A stretch of DNA of 64,000 nucleotides, taken from positions 100,435 to 164,434 of the forward strand of contig JAJFKA010000030.1 of NCBI GenBank assembly GCA_021773555.1, in the 5' to 3' direction. This document shows positions 45,782 through 55,122 of this stretch, in pieces. This DNA comes from Gammaproteobacteria bacterium. Lineage in GTDB: Bacteria; Pseudomonadota; Gammaproteobacteria; Pseudomonadales; Azotimanducaceae. The notes under the pieces were generated by a model. It ran no database searches. It had not been told where the DNA came from and saw nothing but the letters and a program-made list of their open reading frames with translations. The position numbers and the translations under genes were made by a program. The first letter of the stretch is position 1. Every line of letters starts with the position of its first letter.

Positions 45782-47512
45782 TCAGGTCAGACCCGGGTTA
45801 TCGCTGACCCCTCTGAGGGTCGGCGTTTCCAGGTCATTCACGACAACCGTCTGCTTGTCACGCAGATAACTGGCGACCACTTCCCAGACCGGTCTACCCT
45901 CCTCCTGCCTGTTTACCGCAGCCCAACCGGCAACTTTGTATGTCTGTGCAGCATTCACCGCTGTTCCATCGCGCAATCTCACGGCCTTGATTCTGTTGCC
46001 CGCCTTTTCGTTCGGCCAGCATTCATAACGGAGTCCGCCGGTTCGTAGCATATCACCGCCCTGCTGATAGTATGGATTCTCATGGAAGATATTATCAGCG
46101 ACACTTTCCATCACAAATTTGATTTCAGCACCTGTCATCTCGCTGACATAGGTCTGCGCATAAGTGATGGCCGTCTGACCTAACAGATCTTCCATGGTGA
46201 TGGCCTCAAAGGGCAGGACTGAGCTTCCCCAGCGAAAACCGGGCGAGAAGGCAATCTGCGCATCCAGTTCCTGTATCAAGCCATTGCAGATGACCTGGTC
46301 AAAGGTACCGTTAAAATTCCCCCTGCGATAAAGCGTGGTTTCCGCGACCGCCAGTTCCTCATCCAGGACTTGTCTATGCGGTCGGCGTACCTCCTCAATA
46401 TACCGATCAAGTTGCGGGTCAGGCTCTAGCAGGTTTGCAAACACGGGCAGCAACTGGTATCGATAGCCGGACAGGCCCCATCGATTAAACTCCAGGTCGA
46501 GTACGCCAACAAATTTTCCGTTACAACCGGCATTTGTGACCACCGTTATGCCGCCAGAATTACTCACCTCCACTGCGACAGGAACTGCGTCGTGAGTATG
46601 GCCACCCACAATAAAATCGATACCCGCGACCCTGCTTGCGAGCTTGAGATCAACATCCATGCCATTGTGTGACAGCAGCACCACCGCATCCGGATGTTCT
46701 GTTTGTCGTATTTCAGTAACCAGGCTGGCGAGTTCTGTCTCTCTGATACCAAAGCTCCAGTCCGGAACAAAGCGGCCTGGATTTGCAATGGGGGTATAGG
46801 GAAATGCCTGGCCAACTACGGCTACGCGCCGACCATTAACCTGCTTGATGACATAGGGTGGAAATACTCTGCCACTCGATTCATCGAAAACTTCAACTCC
46901 ATCAAATAGTGCGTCCTCGGTGGCGACAATGTTCTGGGCAACGAAGGTTCCGTTAAATGACTCCAGATTTTCACGAACCTGCTGCTCTCCATAGGTAAAC
47001 TCCCAGTGTCCGGTCATAACATCCACGCCGAGAAGATTACTGGCCCCGACCATGTCCATGCCGCCGCTCCACAGGGAGGTAGCAGAGCCCTGCCAGGTAT
47101 CACCCCCATCCAACAGCATTGCGCCATGACTCTCGGCACGCAGCCGGGCAATTAATGTTGCCAGATGCGCATATCCACCCATTCGACCAAATCTCTCTGC
47201 GGCTTCGTCGAAATCGAGGCAGGTCAGGGCATGCACTTCAGCGGGTCGCAAATTTGGCAGGACGTCCAGCAGGTTCTTGCCGACCCGGTGTGGCAATTTC
47301 CCATAGGCATCCCCGATCCCCAGATTCGCACTGGGTTCCCTGAAATAGACAGGAAGCAACTGCGCGTGGGTATCAGTGATGTGCAGGATCCGCACCTGGC
47401 CATAGACCGGTAGTTGATAGAGGTCTTTTGACCGCGACACCCCCGCGCATCCGGGTAACATCCCGGCGATGGAAAGCTGTGCCAGCACCGTAAGAAATTC
47501 ACGGCGATTCAC
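45782..47512 (-). CDS. soxB: thiosulfohydrolase SoxB
   Basis: Tat signal MNRREFLTVLA, ILHITDTHAQLLPVYFREP dimetal motif, and 576-aa metallophosphoesterase/5'-nucleotidase architecture. Confidence 0.9.
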   Translation of the reverse strand: MNRREFLTVLAQLSIAGMLPGCAGVSRSKDLYQLPVYGQVRILHITDTHAQLLPVYFREPSANLGIGDAYGKLPHRVGKNLLDVLPNLRPAEVHALTCLDFDEAAERFGRMGGYAHLATLIARLRAESHGAMLLDGGDTWQGSATSLWSGGMDMVGASNLLGVDVMTGHWEFTYGEQQVRENLESFNGTFVAQNIVATEDALFDGVEVFDESSGRVFPPYVIKQVNGRRVAVVGQAFPYTPIANPGRFVPDWSFGIRETELASLVTEIRQTEHPDAVVLLSHNGMDVDLKLASRVAGIDFIVGGHTHDAVPVAVEVSNSGGITVVTNAGCNGKFVGVLDLEFNRWGLSGYRYQLLPVFANLLEPDPQLDRYIEEVRRPHRQVLDEELAVAETTLYRRGNFNGTFDQVICNGLIQELDAQIAFSPGFRWGSSVLPFEAITMEDLLGQTAITYAQTYVSEMTGAEIKFVMESVADNIFHENPYYQQGGDMLRTGGLRYECWPNEKAGNRIKAVRLRDGTAVNAAQTYKVAGWAAVNRQEEGRPVWEVVASYLRDKQTVVVNDLETPTLRGVSDNPGLT

Positions 47513-47868
47513 TTTTTAACGTTGCTCGTGGCGGTTTTCGGTAAGCGTTCACGCCAGACCCGGGACTCATGCTCTGCCTGTAGAATCGAAGCCTCCGCCG
47601 AGAGCAAGGCCCGGGTTGCGGCATCATGAGCACCCTGGGTGTCACCGGCTGCCATGCGTTTTTCTGCCTCGGAAATCAGATCGGCGGTTACCCGCCATGC
47701 GTAATCCAATTTCAAGGCCTGCTGAAATTTTTGCCTGGCAGTTTGGATAACAGTCTGCACGGATTCATTGTGAGCGACATGTGCCTCTGGCGTTCTGGCA
47801 TCGGCGCTACCACTGATTTCCATCGGGCCTGCGCAAGCCAGGATCAACAGCAACCATGCCATCCTCAT
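47509..47868 (-). CDS. small exported helical protein between soxA and soxB (possible SoxK-like SoxAX partner)
   Basis: Signal peptide (LLILACAGPMEISGSADA) and no heme motif. ATGA overlaps with both soxA (stop) and soxB (start). Confidence 0.55.
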   Translation of the reverse strand: MRMAWLLLILACAGPMEISGSADARTPEAHVAHNESVQTVIQTARQKFQQALKLDYAWRVTADLISEAEKRMAAGDTQGAHDAATRALLSAEASILQAEHESRVWRERLPKTATSNVKK

Positions 47869-48713
47869 TTACGAGTACTCGGGCCATTGAGGGTCATGCC
47901 GTTATTCATCACCGTCATGAAGTACTCAAGATTTCTGTAGGCCTCACTCTGATGGTCAAGGGCGACGGCCCCGACCTGCTCATTGCATTCGGCAAACCGG
48001 CGATGAATACCGCCCAGTTCCTGCCATTTAAATCGATAAGCAGGCCAGTGGGTGGCATGACCGATTGTCGCGCTCAATATTTCCGCCCGCAGACGAAGAC
48101 CCGCGGCATCCAGATGACAGTTGCTGCACGCAAAATTCAACTGGCCGCGGCGAGAATAATAAAACTGCTTGCCTTGATTGAACGCGGATTCCGCCCCTTC
48201 AGGTACGGAAATATCAAACTTCTGACCCCGCGATGTGAACGCCATATAAGCCGTGATGGCAGTTATTGCTTCCCCGGTATAAGAGAGTGGTGACTCACCG
48301 TTCAATTCACGGCAGTGATTAACAGCGAGTTCAAGGGTAACCACCTGACGGGTATCCGGGTCAAACCGCGGATAGCGCTGCTTGATTCCGATACCCTCAT
48401 GCTCAAAGCACGCAGCGTAGCCTGAACCATTGGAAAAGGCTGTGTTGAACAACCGCTCCCCCTCGTCAATCATGGGTTCATAGGGTGGGAAATCCTCAAT
48501 CTCACGCCATTGTCTCGCCTTGGCTTCATCGAGAGCATAGGCACCATTGGCATGATCAGAAAATTCAACGTCGGGAAAGCGCTTCGCGAAGAACGCAACC
48601 AGATCGTCTCGATCCTGCCTGGCATCACCTGATACAGCATCACCTGACATGCCATCACCTGAAATAGTGCAGGCCAGTCCCAGAACCGTGAGAACTGCTA
48701 TCCAGTGCTTAAT
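47865..48713 (-). CDS. soxA: L-cysteine S-thiosulfotransferase subunit SoxA, monoheme type
   Basis: A single CxxCH (FACSNCH), then HWPAYRFKWQELGGIHRRFAECNEQ. The start is uncertain. The longest ORF reaches 48944 inside soxZ. A candidate ATT start at 48713 follows GGAG. Confidence 0.85.
   Translation of the reverse strand: MKHWIAVLTVLGLACTISGDGMSGDAVSGDARQDRDDLVAFFAKRFPDVEFSDHANGAYALDEAKARQWREIEDFPPYEPMIDEGERLFNTAFSNGSGYAACFEHEGIGIKQRYPRFDPDTRQVVTLELAVNHCRELNGESPLSYTGEAITAITAYMAFTSRGQKFDISVPEGAESAFNQGKQFYYSRRGQLNFACSNCHLDAAGLRLRAEILSATIGHATHWPAYRFKWQELGGIHRRFAECNEQVGAVALDHQSEAYRNLEYFMTVMNNGMTLNGPSTRK
48618..48662. repeat. 15-bp tandem repeat x3 inside soxA
   Basis: The (G/C)CATCACCTGA cores at 48622, 48637 and 48652 have a 15-bp period. 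They encode SGDGM/SGDAV/SGDA just after the SoxA signal peptide. Confidence 0.8.
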
Positions 48714-48732
48714 CGTCTGCTCCCGTGGAACT

Positions 48733-49044
48733 TCACGCCAGGGTGATATCGCCCGTGGCGGTGTCGCCCAGGTTATCGGTCCAACTAATGGTGATTTTGT
48801 CGCCGACCGTCGAATTATGGAGCTTAAAAGAGAAGTAGGGGTCTTTGGAAACCGACGCTCCCCATTCTGCCCGGAGCACCATTTCACCATTGCGCTGGCA
48901 GACAACCTCTTCAATATAATGCGCCGGTACAAGCGCGCCCTCACTGTCCACCCGGGCTCCAGTTTCCATGGGATGGGGCAGAAGCGCCTTCACTTCCGCA
49001 ATCCCATTTTTGATCTTGCCCCTGAGTCGAATCGGTTTTATCAC
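48733..49044 (-). CDS. soxZ: thiosulfate-oxidation carrier complex protein SoxZ
   Basis: IKPIRLRGKIKNGIAEVKALLPHPMETG motif. The GTG at 49044 is preceded by GGAGG. The longest ORF starts at 49083 and overlaps soxY. Confidence 0.9.
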   Translation of the reverse strand: MIKPIRLRGKIKNGIAEVKALLPHPMETGARVDSEGALVPAHYIEEVVCQRNGEMVLRAEWGASVSKDPYFSFKLHNSTVGDKITISWTDNLGDTATGDITLA

Positions 49045-49063
49045 AATAGCCTCCAGAAAATAT

Positions 49064-49504
49064 TCAGCCGCCACACCCGCCAATCGTTACCTTGACCTGA
49101 CGTCCTGACATATAGACGCCATCTGCCGTTCTCACCAGCGCTCGTATCGTCGAACTACGGCCCATCTTGACCCGCAGGGAAAATTCCGGCGCACTATCCT
49201 CGGTTAGATAGAAAGTGCCTGACAGGGGATTGGGATTCTCATCAATGACCACCGAGATGCTTTGCGTATTGGCAAGATCCGTGGACACCGTAATGGGGAC
49301 AACCGCGCCATTTTCAGCGATTTCCGGTGCTTTGATATGAATCCTGTCGCTGGGCAGGATGGCGGCGCTGCCGAACAATTCACGGTAGACATCTGCAGCC
49401 TGCTCGGCCGTAAAGGCCGCCACCGCCCGGGCGTACAGATTAAGCGGGAGCAGGCCAAGGGATAATAAGGTGGCGAGCCCTTTGACTAGTGCGCGTCGAT
49501 GCAT
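49064..49504 (-). CDS. soxY: thiosulfate-oxidation carrier protein SoxY
   Basis: Tat-type signal MHRRALVKGLA and the diagnostic C-terminal ...VTIGGCGG. Confidence 0.9.
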   Translation of the reverse strand: MHRRALVKGLATLLSLGLLPLNLYARAVAAFTAEQAADVYRELFGSAAILPSDRIHIKAPEIAENGAVVPITVSTDLANTQSISVVIDENPNPLSGTFYLTEDSAPEFSLRVKMGRSSTIRALVRTADGVYMSGRQVKVTIGGCGG

Positions 49505-49527
49505 GGTGAGTCTCTCCCTTTTTCCGC

Positions 49528-49923
49528 TTATAGCGTATGAACAAAATCAACCAGAAGGTCGATCTCCAGCTCGGTTAATATACCGTGTCTGCCGTAAGGA
49601 GGCATCAGTGTCTCTGGATTGCGCCGTGACGCATCCCATATCTGGTCCCGTAATGCAGCCCGCTCCGGGAATCGGACGCCCATGGCTACCAGTGGTGGGC
49701 CGACTTCACCGGGCAGTTCTGCTCCTTTAACCCAGTGACAAGCGAGACAATTTCCCTTGTTTCGATCGAAGGCAATCTCCCGCCCTTTTTGCACCCTGCC
49801 CTCGGTCTGCGCGAATCCAGACTCGTGCACAGACGCCGCCAGCAGCACCATAAAAAAAGCCGAAGGTAATCGCTTCGGCTTTCTTCTGGACCCCGGTTTT
49901 TTAATAACCCTGCAACTCACCAT
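49528..49923 (-). CDS. soxX: cytochrome c subunit SoxX
   Basis: NKGNCLACH heme motif. The start is ambiguous (ATG at 49965, 49923 or 49851). Confidence 0.8.
   Translation of the reverse strand: MVSCRVIKKPGSRRKPKRLPSAFFMVLLAASVHESGFAQTEGRVQKGREIAFDRNKGNCLACHWVKGAELPGEVGPPLVAMGVRFPERAALRDQIWDASRRNPETLMPPYGRHGILTELEIDLLVDFVHTL
49852..49879 (-). terminator. terminator-like hairpin after the acyl-CoA dehydrogenase gene, within or abutting the soxX 5' end
   Basis: Minus strand GCCGAAG-CGATTAC-CTTCGGC followed by T7, running directly into the ATG at 49851. Confidence 0.5.
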
Positions 49924-51028
49924 AACGATTGCGATGGAACGCGCTGTTGCCAAAGGTGTGTTCACAAACCCGGGAGCGTTTCATGAAGAACCCGATTTCA
50001 TATTCATCAGTCATGCCGATACCGCCGTGCATTTGCACGCCCTCACTGCTGACGAGATTATAGGTATCATTGAGTCGGGCTTTCGCGAGACTTGCAAGTT
50101 CAGCCGAATCTTCACTCGCGTCATCCAACGCAGACAACGCTTCAAGGACTACCGATTTTGACAGCTCAACTTCGCAAAACATCTGCGCCGCACGGTGTTT
50201 CAACGCCTGGAATGAACCGATCGGCACACCGAACTGCTCACGTACCTTGAGATACTCAATGGTTCTCTCGAAGCACTCCTGGAGCCCACCCAGCATTTCA
50301 GCGGACAGTAATATCCTGCCGGTATCCAGTACCTGATCAAGGGTATCAGCCCCTTTTCCTGCGTCGCCGATCAGCACACCTTCGGCACTGGCAAATTCTA
50401 TGTTGGCGGCATTACGGCTATCCGCCATGATGGTCCTGGTCACGGTAACACCAGCGGCGTCCCGGTCCACCAGCACCAGACTCAAACCATCCCGATCACC
50501 GGCAGCACCTGAGCTTCTCGCTACCACCACCAGCTTGTCTGCCACGTGACCATCAAGCACAAATTTCTTGGCACCGGTGACTTTTACGTTATCACCACTG
50601 CCCTCGACGCTGGCAGTTGCCCCATAGGGAGCGTGATGCGGAGTTTCTTCCAATGCCAGTGCCAGCAGCAGTTCTCCTGCGGCAACCTGTGGTAACAATC
50701 CGGCTTTCTGATCATCCGAGCCGCCATGAACAATCGCACTCGCGGCGACGGCGGTTGCGAGCAAGGGAGAGCAGGTCAGCGTGCGACCGCATTCTTCCAT
50801 GACCACACCAAGCCCCATATAACCAAAACCCAGACCGCCGAAATCCTCGGGAATCGTGATACCCGCCCAGCCCAGATCGACCATCTGGCGCCAGGTATCG
50901 CGGTCAAATCCATCCGTGCTTTGCTCATCACGCAACTTACGCATCTGCGTAATAGGCGTGTTGTTCGTGCAAAAATCTTTTGCCGCGTCCTTGAGCATGC
51001 TTTGTTCTTCATTTAATACCAAAGGCAT
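49901..51028 (-). CDS. acyl-CoA dehydrogenase
   Basis: 375 aa with the three-domain ACAD pattern, C-terminal ...GGIGMTDEYEIGFFMKR. Confidence 0.85.
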   Translation of the reverse strand: MPLVLNEEQSMLKDAAKDFCTNNTPITQMRKLRDEQSTDGFDRDTWRQMVDLGWAGITIPEDFGGLGFGYMGLGVVMEECGRTLTCSPLLATAVAASAIVHGGSDDQKAGLLPQVAAGELLLALALEETPHHAPYGATASVEGSGDNVKVTGAKKFVLDGHVADKLVVVARSSGAAGDRDGLSLVLVDRDAAGVTVTRTIMADSRNAANIEFASAEGVLIGDAGKGADTLDQVLDTGRILLSAEMLGGLQECFERTIEYLKVREQFGVPIGSFQALKHRAAQMFCEVELSKSVVLEALSALDDASEDSAELASLAKARLNDTYNLVSSEGVQMHGGIGMTDEYEIGFFMKRSRVCEHTFGNSAFHRNRYGELQGY

Positions 51029-51063
51029 TCGTGTTACTCCTTACCTGCTTTCGTGATTTGAGA

Positions 51064-52263
51064 TTAATCCGGTAAACCAAGCACTCGCTTGGCAATAATA
51101 TTTAACTGCACCTCGGAACTTCCACCGGCAATGGTCCCTGCCTTGGAACGTAACCAGGTCCGGGTTAAGGTTTTTTCGTTGTCGCTGAACATGTCACCTT
51201 CCCAGCCCAATGACTGTGTCCCTTGTGCTTTCAATTGAATCTCCAGCCGTTCCTTACCGATTTCAGATCCATAGTATTTGAACAGAGAGGTCGCAAATGT
51301 CGGGGTACTGCCCTCCTCACTTTCTTCCATCGCTCTTTTCTGCGTCAGGCTGAAAGCCTGCTGATTCATTACATTTGACGTAACCGCATTGCGCAGCACC
51401 GGGTCGGCTATTTTGCCCTGACTCAATCCCACGTACTGTTTGGCGACTTCCGGCAGGGTGCCTATATTGTCATACCGGCCACGTCGACCGCCAGAGTTCA
51501 GGCCAGAGATCGAACTCCGCTCATGCTGGAGGAGGCGTTTCCCGACCGTCCAGCCGCGATTCAGCTGGCCGACCAGATTATATTTCTCACACCGCGCATC
51601 GTCGAAAAAAGTTTCGCAAAATGGTGAATTCCCGCTGATCAGTTTAATCGGTTTGACGGTAACGCCGGGCTGATCCATGTCAATCAGGACGAAGCTGATA
51701 CCTTCATGCTTCGGCGCCTGTGGCTCGGTTCTGACCAGGGTAAATATCCAGTCCGCGTACTGCGCCCCGGAGGTCCAGATTTTCTGACCATTGACAAGAA
51801 AGTGATCACCCTTGTCTTCACATTTGGTTTGCAGGCTGGCCAGGTCCGAACCTGCGTTCGGCTCGCTGTAACCCTGGCACCAGCGAAGCTCACCACTGAT
51901 GATTTTGGGCAAGTGTTCCCGTTTTTGCTCTTCGGTACCGTAGTCCAGCAAGGTAGGTCCGATCATGCTGAAGCCCATGCCGGAAATTGGCGTTCGCGCG
52001 TTAACCCTGATCAGTTCGTCCTGTAATACCATGAACTCTTGCTTGCTGAGCCCGCCACCACCGTATTCTGCCGGCCACATGGGCGCCGTCCAGCCTCGCT
52101 CTGCCATTCGGTCCAGCCACAGTTTGGCATTCGGGTCGTCATACTGCTGGCGTTTTCCACCCCCGATCATGGTGGCCTCGGACTCTGGCTCGCGCATACT
52201 CGCCGGACAATTTTCTTCCAGCCACGCTCTGGTCTCGGATCTGAATTCCTCAAGTGCTGCCAT
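51064..52263 (-). CDS. acyl-CoA dehydrogenase
   Basis: 399 aa, with WCQGYSEPNAGSDLASL and ...GGSSEVQLNIIAKRVLGLP motifs. Confidence 0.85.
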   Translation of the reverse strand: MAALEEFRSETRAWLEENCPASMREPESEATMIGGGKRQQYDDPNAKLWLDRMAERGWTAPMWPAEYGGGGLSKQEFMVLQDELIRVNARTPISGMGFSMIGPTLLDYGTEEQKREHLPKIISGELRWCQGYSEPNAGSDLASLQTKCEDKGDHFLVNGQKIWTSGAQYADWIFTLVRTEPQAPKHEGISFVLIDMDQPGVTVKPIKLISGNSPFCETFFDDARCEKYNLVGQLNRGWTVGKRLLQHERSSISGLNSGGRRGRYDNIGTLPEVAKQYVGLSQGKIADPVLRNAVTSNVMNQQAFSLTQKRAMEESEEGSTPTFATSLFKYYGSEIGKERLEIQLKAQGTQSLGWEGDMFSDNEKTLTRTWLRSKAGTIAGGSSEVQLNIIAKRVLGLPD

Positions 52264-52476
52264 TTTTCCCTCCTCAGGTGATTACCTGTTATCCCCGAAT
52301 GAGCCGGTTCATTCAATCAATCCTGCAAACAGGCTCGACCTACCCAGTCAGGGAGCTAAACAGTACCAAAAACAGTGACCACAAATAAACAGCTAAATCA
52401 TCGGCTAATTTCGCTTATTGACCGCAGTGATAATGGCAGCTACCTTTGTGCACTCACAAAGTACTCGCAGAGACCC

Positions 52477-53193
52477 ATGATTGATTTGACACGAGAAGGG
52501 AATGTATTTGTCCTCACCATGAACGATGGCGAAAATCGCTGGAATACCACCTTTGTTCGCGCTTTTGCAGCAGCGCTGGATGAGGTTGAAGCATCGAGTG
52601 GCCCTGCCGCACTGGTAACCACGGCCGCTAGTGAGAAGTTTTTCTCCAACGGGCTGGACCTGGAATGGCGGTCCACCACGGGGGAACATCGTGGTGGCGA
52701 CCGGGACGCCTTCGGGGCAGAGTTTATGTCGCTGATGGGGAGAATTATCACCCTGCCGATCCCCACGGTTTGTGCCATTAACGGACATGCGTTCGGTGCT
52801 GGATTTATGACCGCGCTGTGCCACGATGTGCGTTTCATGCGAGAAGACCGCGGCTTTATCTGCGCGAACGAGGTGGAGATCGGGATGGTTATCCCTGATC
52901 CTGAACTCGCGCTGTTTCGCCACAAACTGCCGATGAATGCTTTCTTTGAGACCGTACAACTGGCACGCCGATGGGCCGGTCCTGATGCTCTCAAAGCCGG
53001 TATCGTGCAACGCACTGCAGATCTGGACAATTTACTTTCGAGCGCCATCACTCACGCACAGGAGCTTTCCAGACTAGGCGCTAATCGGAAGGTTTACGGC
53101 ACCATGAAAGAACGTCTCTATGGCGAAAATGCGGCAATCAACGGAACTCACGGCCCGGCCTACATGTTGCGTAATCCGGCACAGTTCCACTAG
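52477..53193 (+). CDS. enoyl-CoA hydratase/isomerase (crotonase) family protein
   Basis: FFSNGLDL and AINGHAFGAGFMTALCHD oxyanion-hole motifs. Start chosen at MIDLTREGNVFVL. The longest ORF starts at 52375. Confidence 0.8.
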   Translation: MIDLTREGNVFVLTMNDGENRWNTTFVRAFAAALDEVEASSGPAALVTTAASEKFFSNGLDLEWRSTTGEHRGGDRDAFGAEFMSLMGRIITLPIPTVCAINGHAFGAGFMTALCHDVRFMREDRGFICANEVEIGMVIPDPELALFRHKLPMNAFFETVQLARRWAGPDALKAGIVQRTADLDNLLSSAITHAQELSRLGANRKVYGTMKERLYGENAAINGTHGPAYMLRNPAQFH

Positions 53194-53225
53194 GAAATCG
53201 TCCCGCTCGAATCAGCTCCGCAAGG

Positions 53226-53957
53226 TCACCCTGAATTAGCGGCTTGAACTCCCGCTGTTGTCACACCGCAACGATCCATGTACTCAAGCGCCATCGCGGG
53301 TCCGGCGCCATCGTCCTCGTGTTTGAAAAACACATGCGCCTCACACCATCCTTCGACCTCGGCCTGGCTAATCCACTGACCGAGTTGCGCTTTGGTGTAG
53401 GCTGGCTGGCGAAGCCTGAGATAACCCCAATTGGCGGTTGAAACGAAGGGCAGATTTTCATCGGCAGCATCCGCGTGGCAGATGGCAACATTGTGATCGT
53501 TGAGGACCCTGAACACCGATTCATCGAACCAGGACTGATGCCGAAACTCGAGCGCTGCCGGAACACTGTCAGGGATCAGGTCAAGAAATTTCTTCAGCCG
53601 TTCCAGATCGATTCGCATATTCGGGGGTAACTGGAACAACACGGCGCCCAGTTTGTTGCCCAGTTCGCCAACATTTTGAATCAGAAACTTCATGACTTCC
53701 TCGGTGTCCTTCAGGCGTTTGAAATGCGTGATGCGTCGCGACGCCTTAATCGCAAATCGAAACGATTCCGGGGTTGCATCGAACCAGCTCCTGATGACGG
53801 TGCGCTTCGGCATGCGGTAGAAGGTATTGTTAATTTCCACAGCGGACAAGCTGGTCGCGTAGTGGCTCAACATGTCTTTCTCGGCGATCCCTTCAGGATA
53901 GAAATTCCCTTTCCATTCCTTATAACTGAATCCGCTCGTACCAATGTTCCAGATCAT
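53226..53957 (-). CDS. DUF72-family protein
   Basis: Characteristic start IGTSGFSYKEWKGNFYP and AVLFQLPPN motif. Confidence 0.8.
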   Translation of the reverse strand: MIWNIGTSGFSYKEWKGNFYPEGIAEKDMLSHYATSLSAVEINNTFYRMPKRTVIRSWFDATPESFRFAIKASRRITHFKRLKDTEEVMKFLIQNVGELGNKLGAVLFQLPPNMRIDLERLKKFLDLIPDSVPAALEFRHQSWFDESVFRVLNDHNVAICHADAADENLPFVSTANWGYLRLRQPAYTKAQLGQWISQAEVEGWCEAHVFFKHEDDGAGPAMALEYMDRCGVTTAGVQAANSG

Positions 53958-54052
53958 TGTGCCTCCGGTGCCCTTGTTTCAGGGAGAAAGCCAATTTAGT
54001 CCATTTTTTTCCTGCATTCAAATCGCACCGACTCATACACCACCCGAGGTCT

Positions 54053-55054
54053 CTACTGCAGGGTTCCGTTGAGCATATCGATCGCGGCATCGAGCGCCTT
54101 TGCCAGGCCGTTGGCGTTGGCCTTGTTTTTCCCGGCTATGTCAAATGCGGTACCGTGATCCACGGACGTTCGTATAAAAGGAATACCCATGGTCGCGGTA
54201 ATACTATTTTCGAAGTTGTGTACCTTGATGGCGATATGACCCTGATCGTGATAAAGCGCCAGCACCGCGTCAAACTCACCGGCCGTTGCGCGATAGAAAA
54301 CAGAATCTGCCGGAAACGGGCCTCGCGCATCAATACCTTCTTCGATCGCCGCCTTAACGGCCGGTGCTATCTCGTCGATCTCTTCTCGCCCCAGCATGCC
54401 ACCTTCGCCGCCATGAGGATTCAACGCGGCAACCGCGATCCGTGGTGAAGAAATTCCCCAGGCGCCAAGACTCGACGCCGTCAGGCGAAGCTTTTCCAGC
54501 AACACGGGCTGGCGAACAAACCTGACCGCCTCCGCCAGCGACTTGTGGGTTGACAGGTGCGCCACTTTCAATCCGGTCGTCATCAACATCGTCGCCGTCA
54601 GGTTCGATCCTGTCATGCGCGAGAGTATTTCCTGGTGCCCGATATCATCGATAAATCCCGCGGCGTGAACCGCTTCCTTATTAATGGGACAGGTGACGAC
54701 ACCCTGAATATCACCGGCCTGACAATAACGAACTGCCGCCTCAAAATAACGAACCGCGGCTTCACCGCAGTGTTCAGAAACCTGGCCCTGGTGAAGTTCT
54801 GCGATGCGAAAACTGAACGGCTCAATAACCTGGATAATCCCGTCGTCAAAAACGAGATCCGAGAGCAGCGCGCACGCCTGGATCTTGCTCGATATACCGG
54901 TTTGACGAGCCGCCAGTTCCAGACACTCGCAGGAACCAATCACAAAAGGAAGTGCACGTTCGAATATTGCAGGGTTTGCGAAAGCTTTGATGATAATTTC
55001 CGCACCGACACCCGCGGGATCTCCCATGGTGACGGCAAGCAGGGGTTTTGGCAT
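54053..55054 (-). CDS. PdxA-family 4-hydroxythreonine-4-phosphate dehydrogenase-like
   Basis: TMGDPAGVGAEI, LNPHGGEGG and VDHGTAFDIAGK motifs. Confidence 0.85.
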   Translation of the reverse strand: MPKPLLAVTMGDPAGVGAEIIIKAFANPAIFERALPFVIGSCECLELAARQTGISSKIQACALLSDLVFDDGIIQVIEPFSFRIAELHQGQVSEHCGEAAVRYFEAAVRYCQAGDIQGVVTCPINKEAVHAAGFIDDIGHQEILSRMTGSNLTATMLMTTGLKVAHLSTHKSLAEAVRFVRQPVLLEKLRLTASSLGAWGISSPRIAVAALNPHGGEGGMLGREEIDEIAPAVKAAIEEGIDARGPFPADSVFYRATAGEFDAVLALYHDQGHIAIKVHNFENSITATMGIPFIRTSVDHGTAFDIAGKNKANANGLAKALDAAIDMLNGTLQ

Positions 55055-55122
55055 TGTCGGTTCTTGTTCAGTCAGGGTGTGGGTAAGCTATCCTATCAGC
55101 CCATTGCCGGACTGACACGGTT

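Noticed and set aside
52405-53051. Two ORFs of about 200 aa on the minus strand.
   Set aside because: They are antisense to the crotonase-family gene, which has clear catalytic motifs. They have no motifs of their own and are shadow ORFs.
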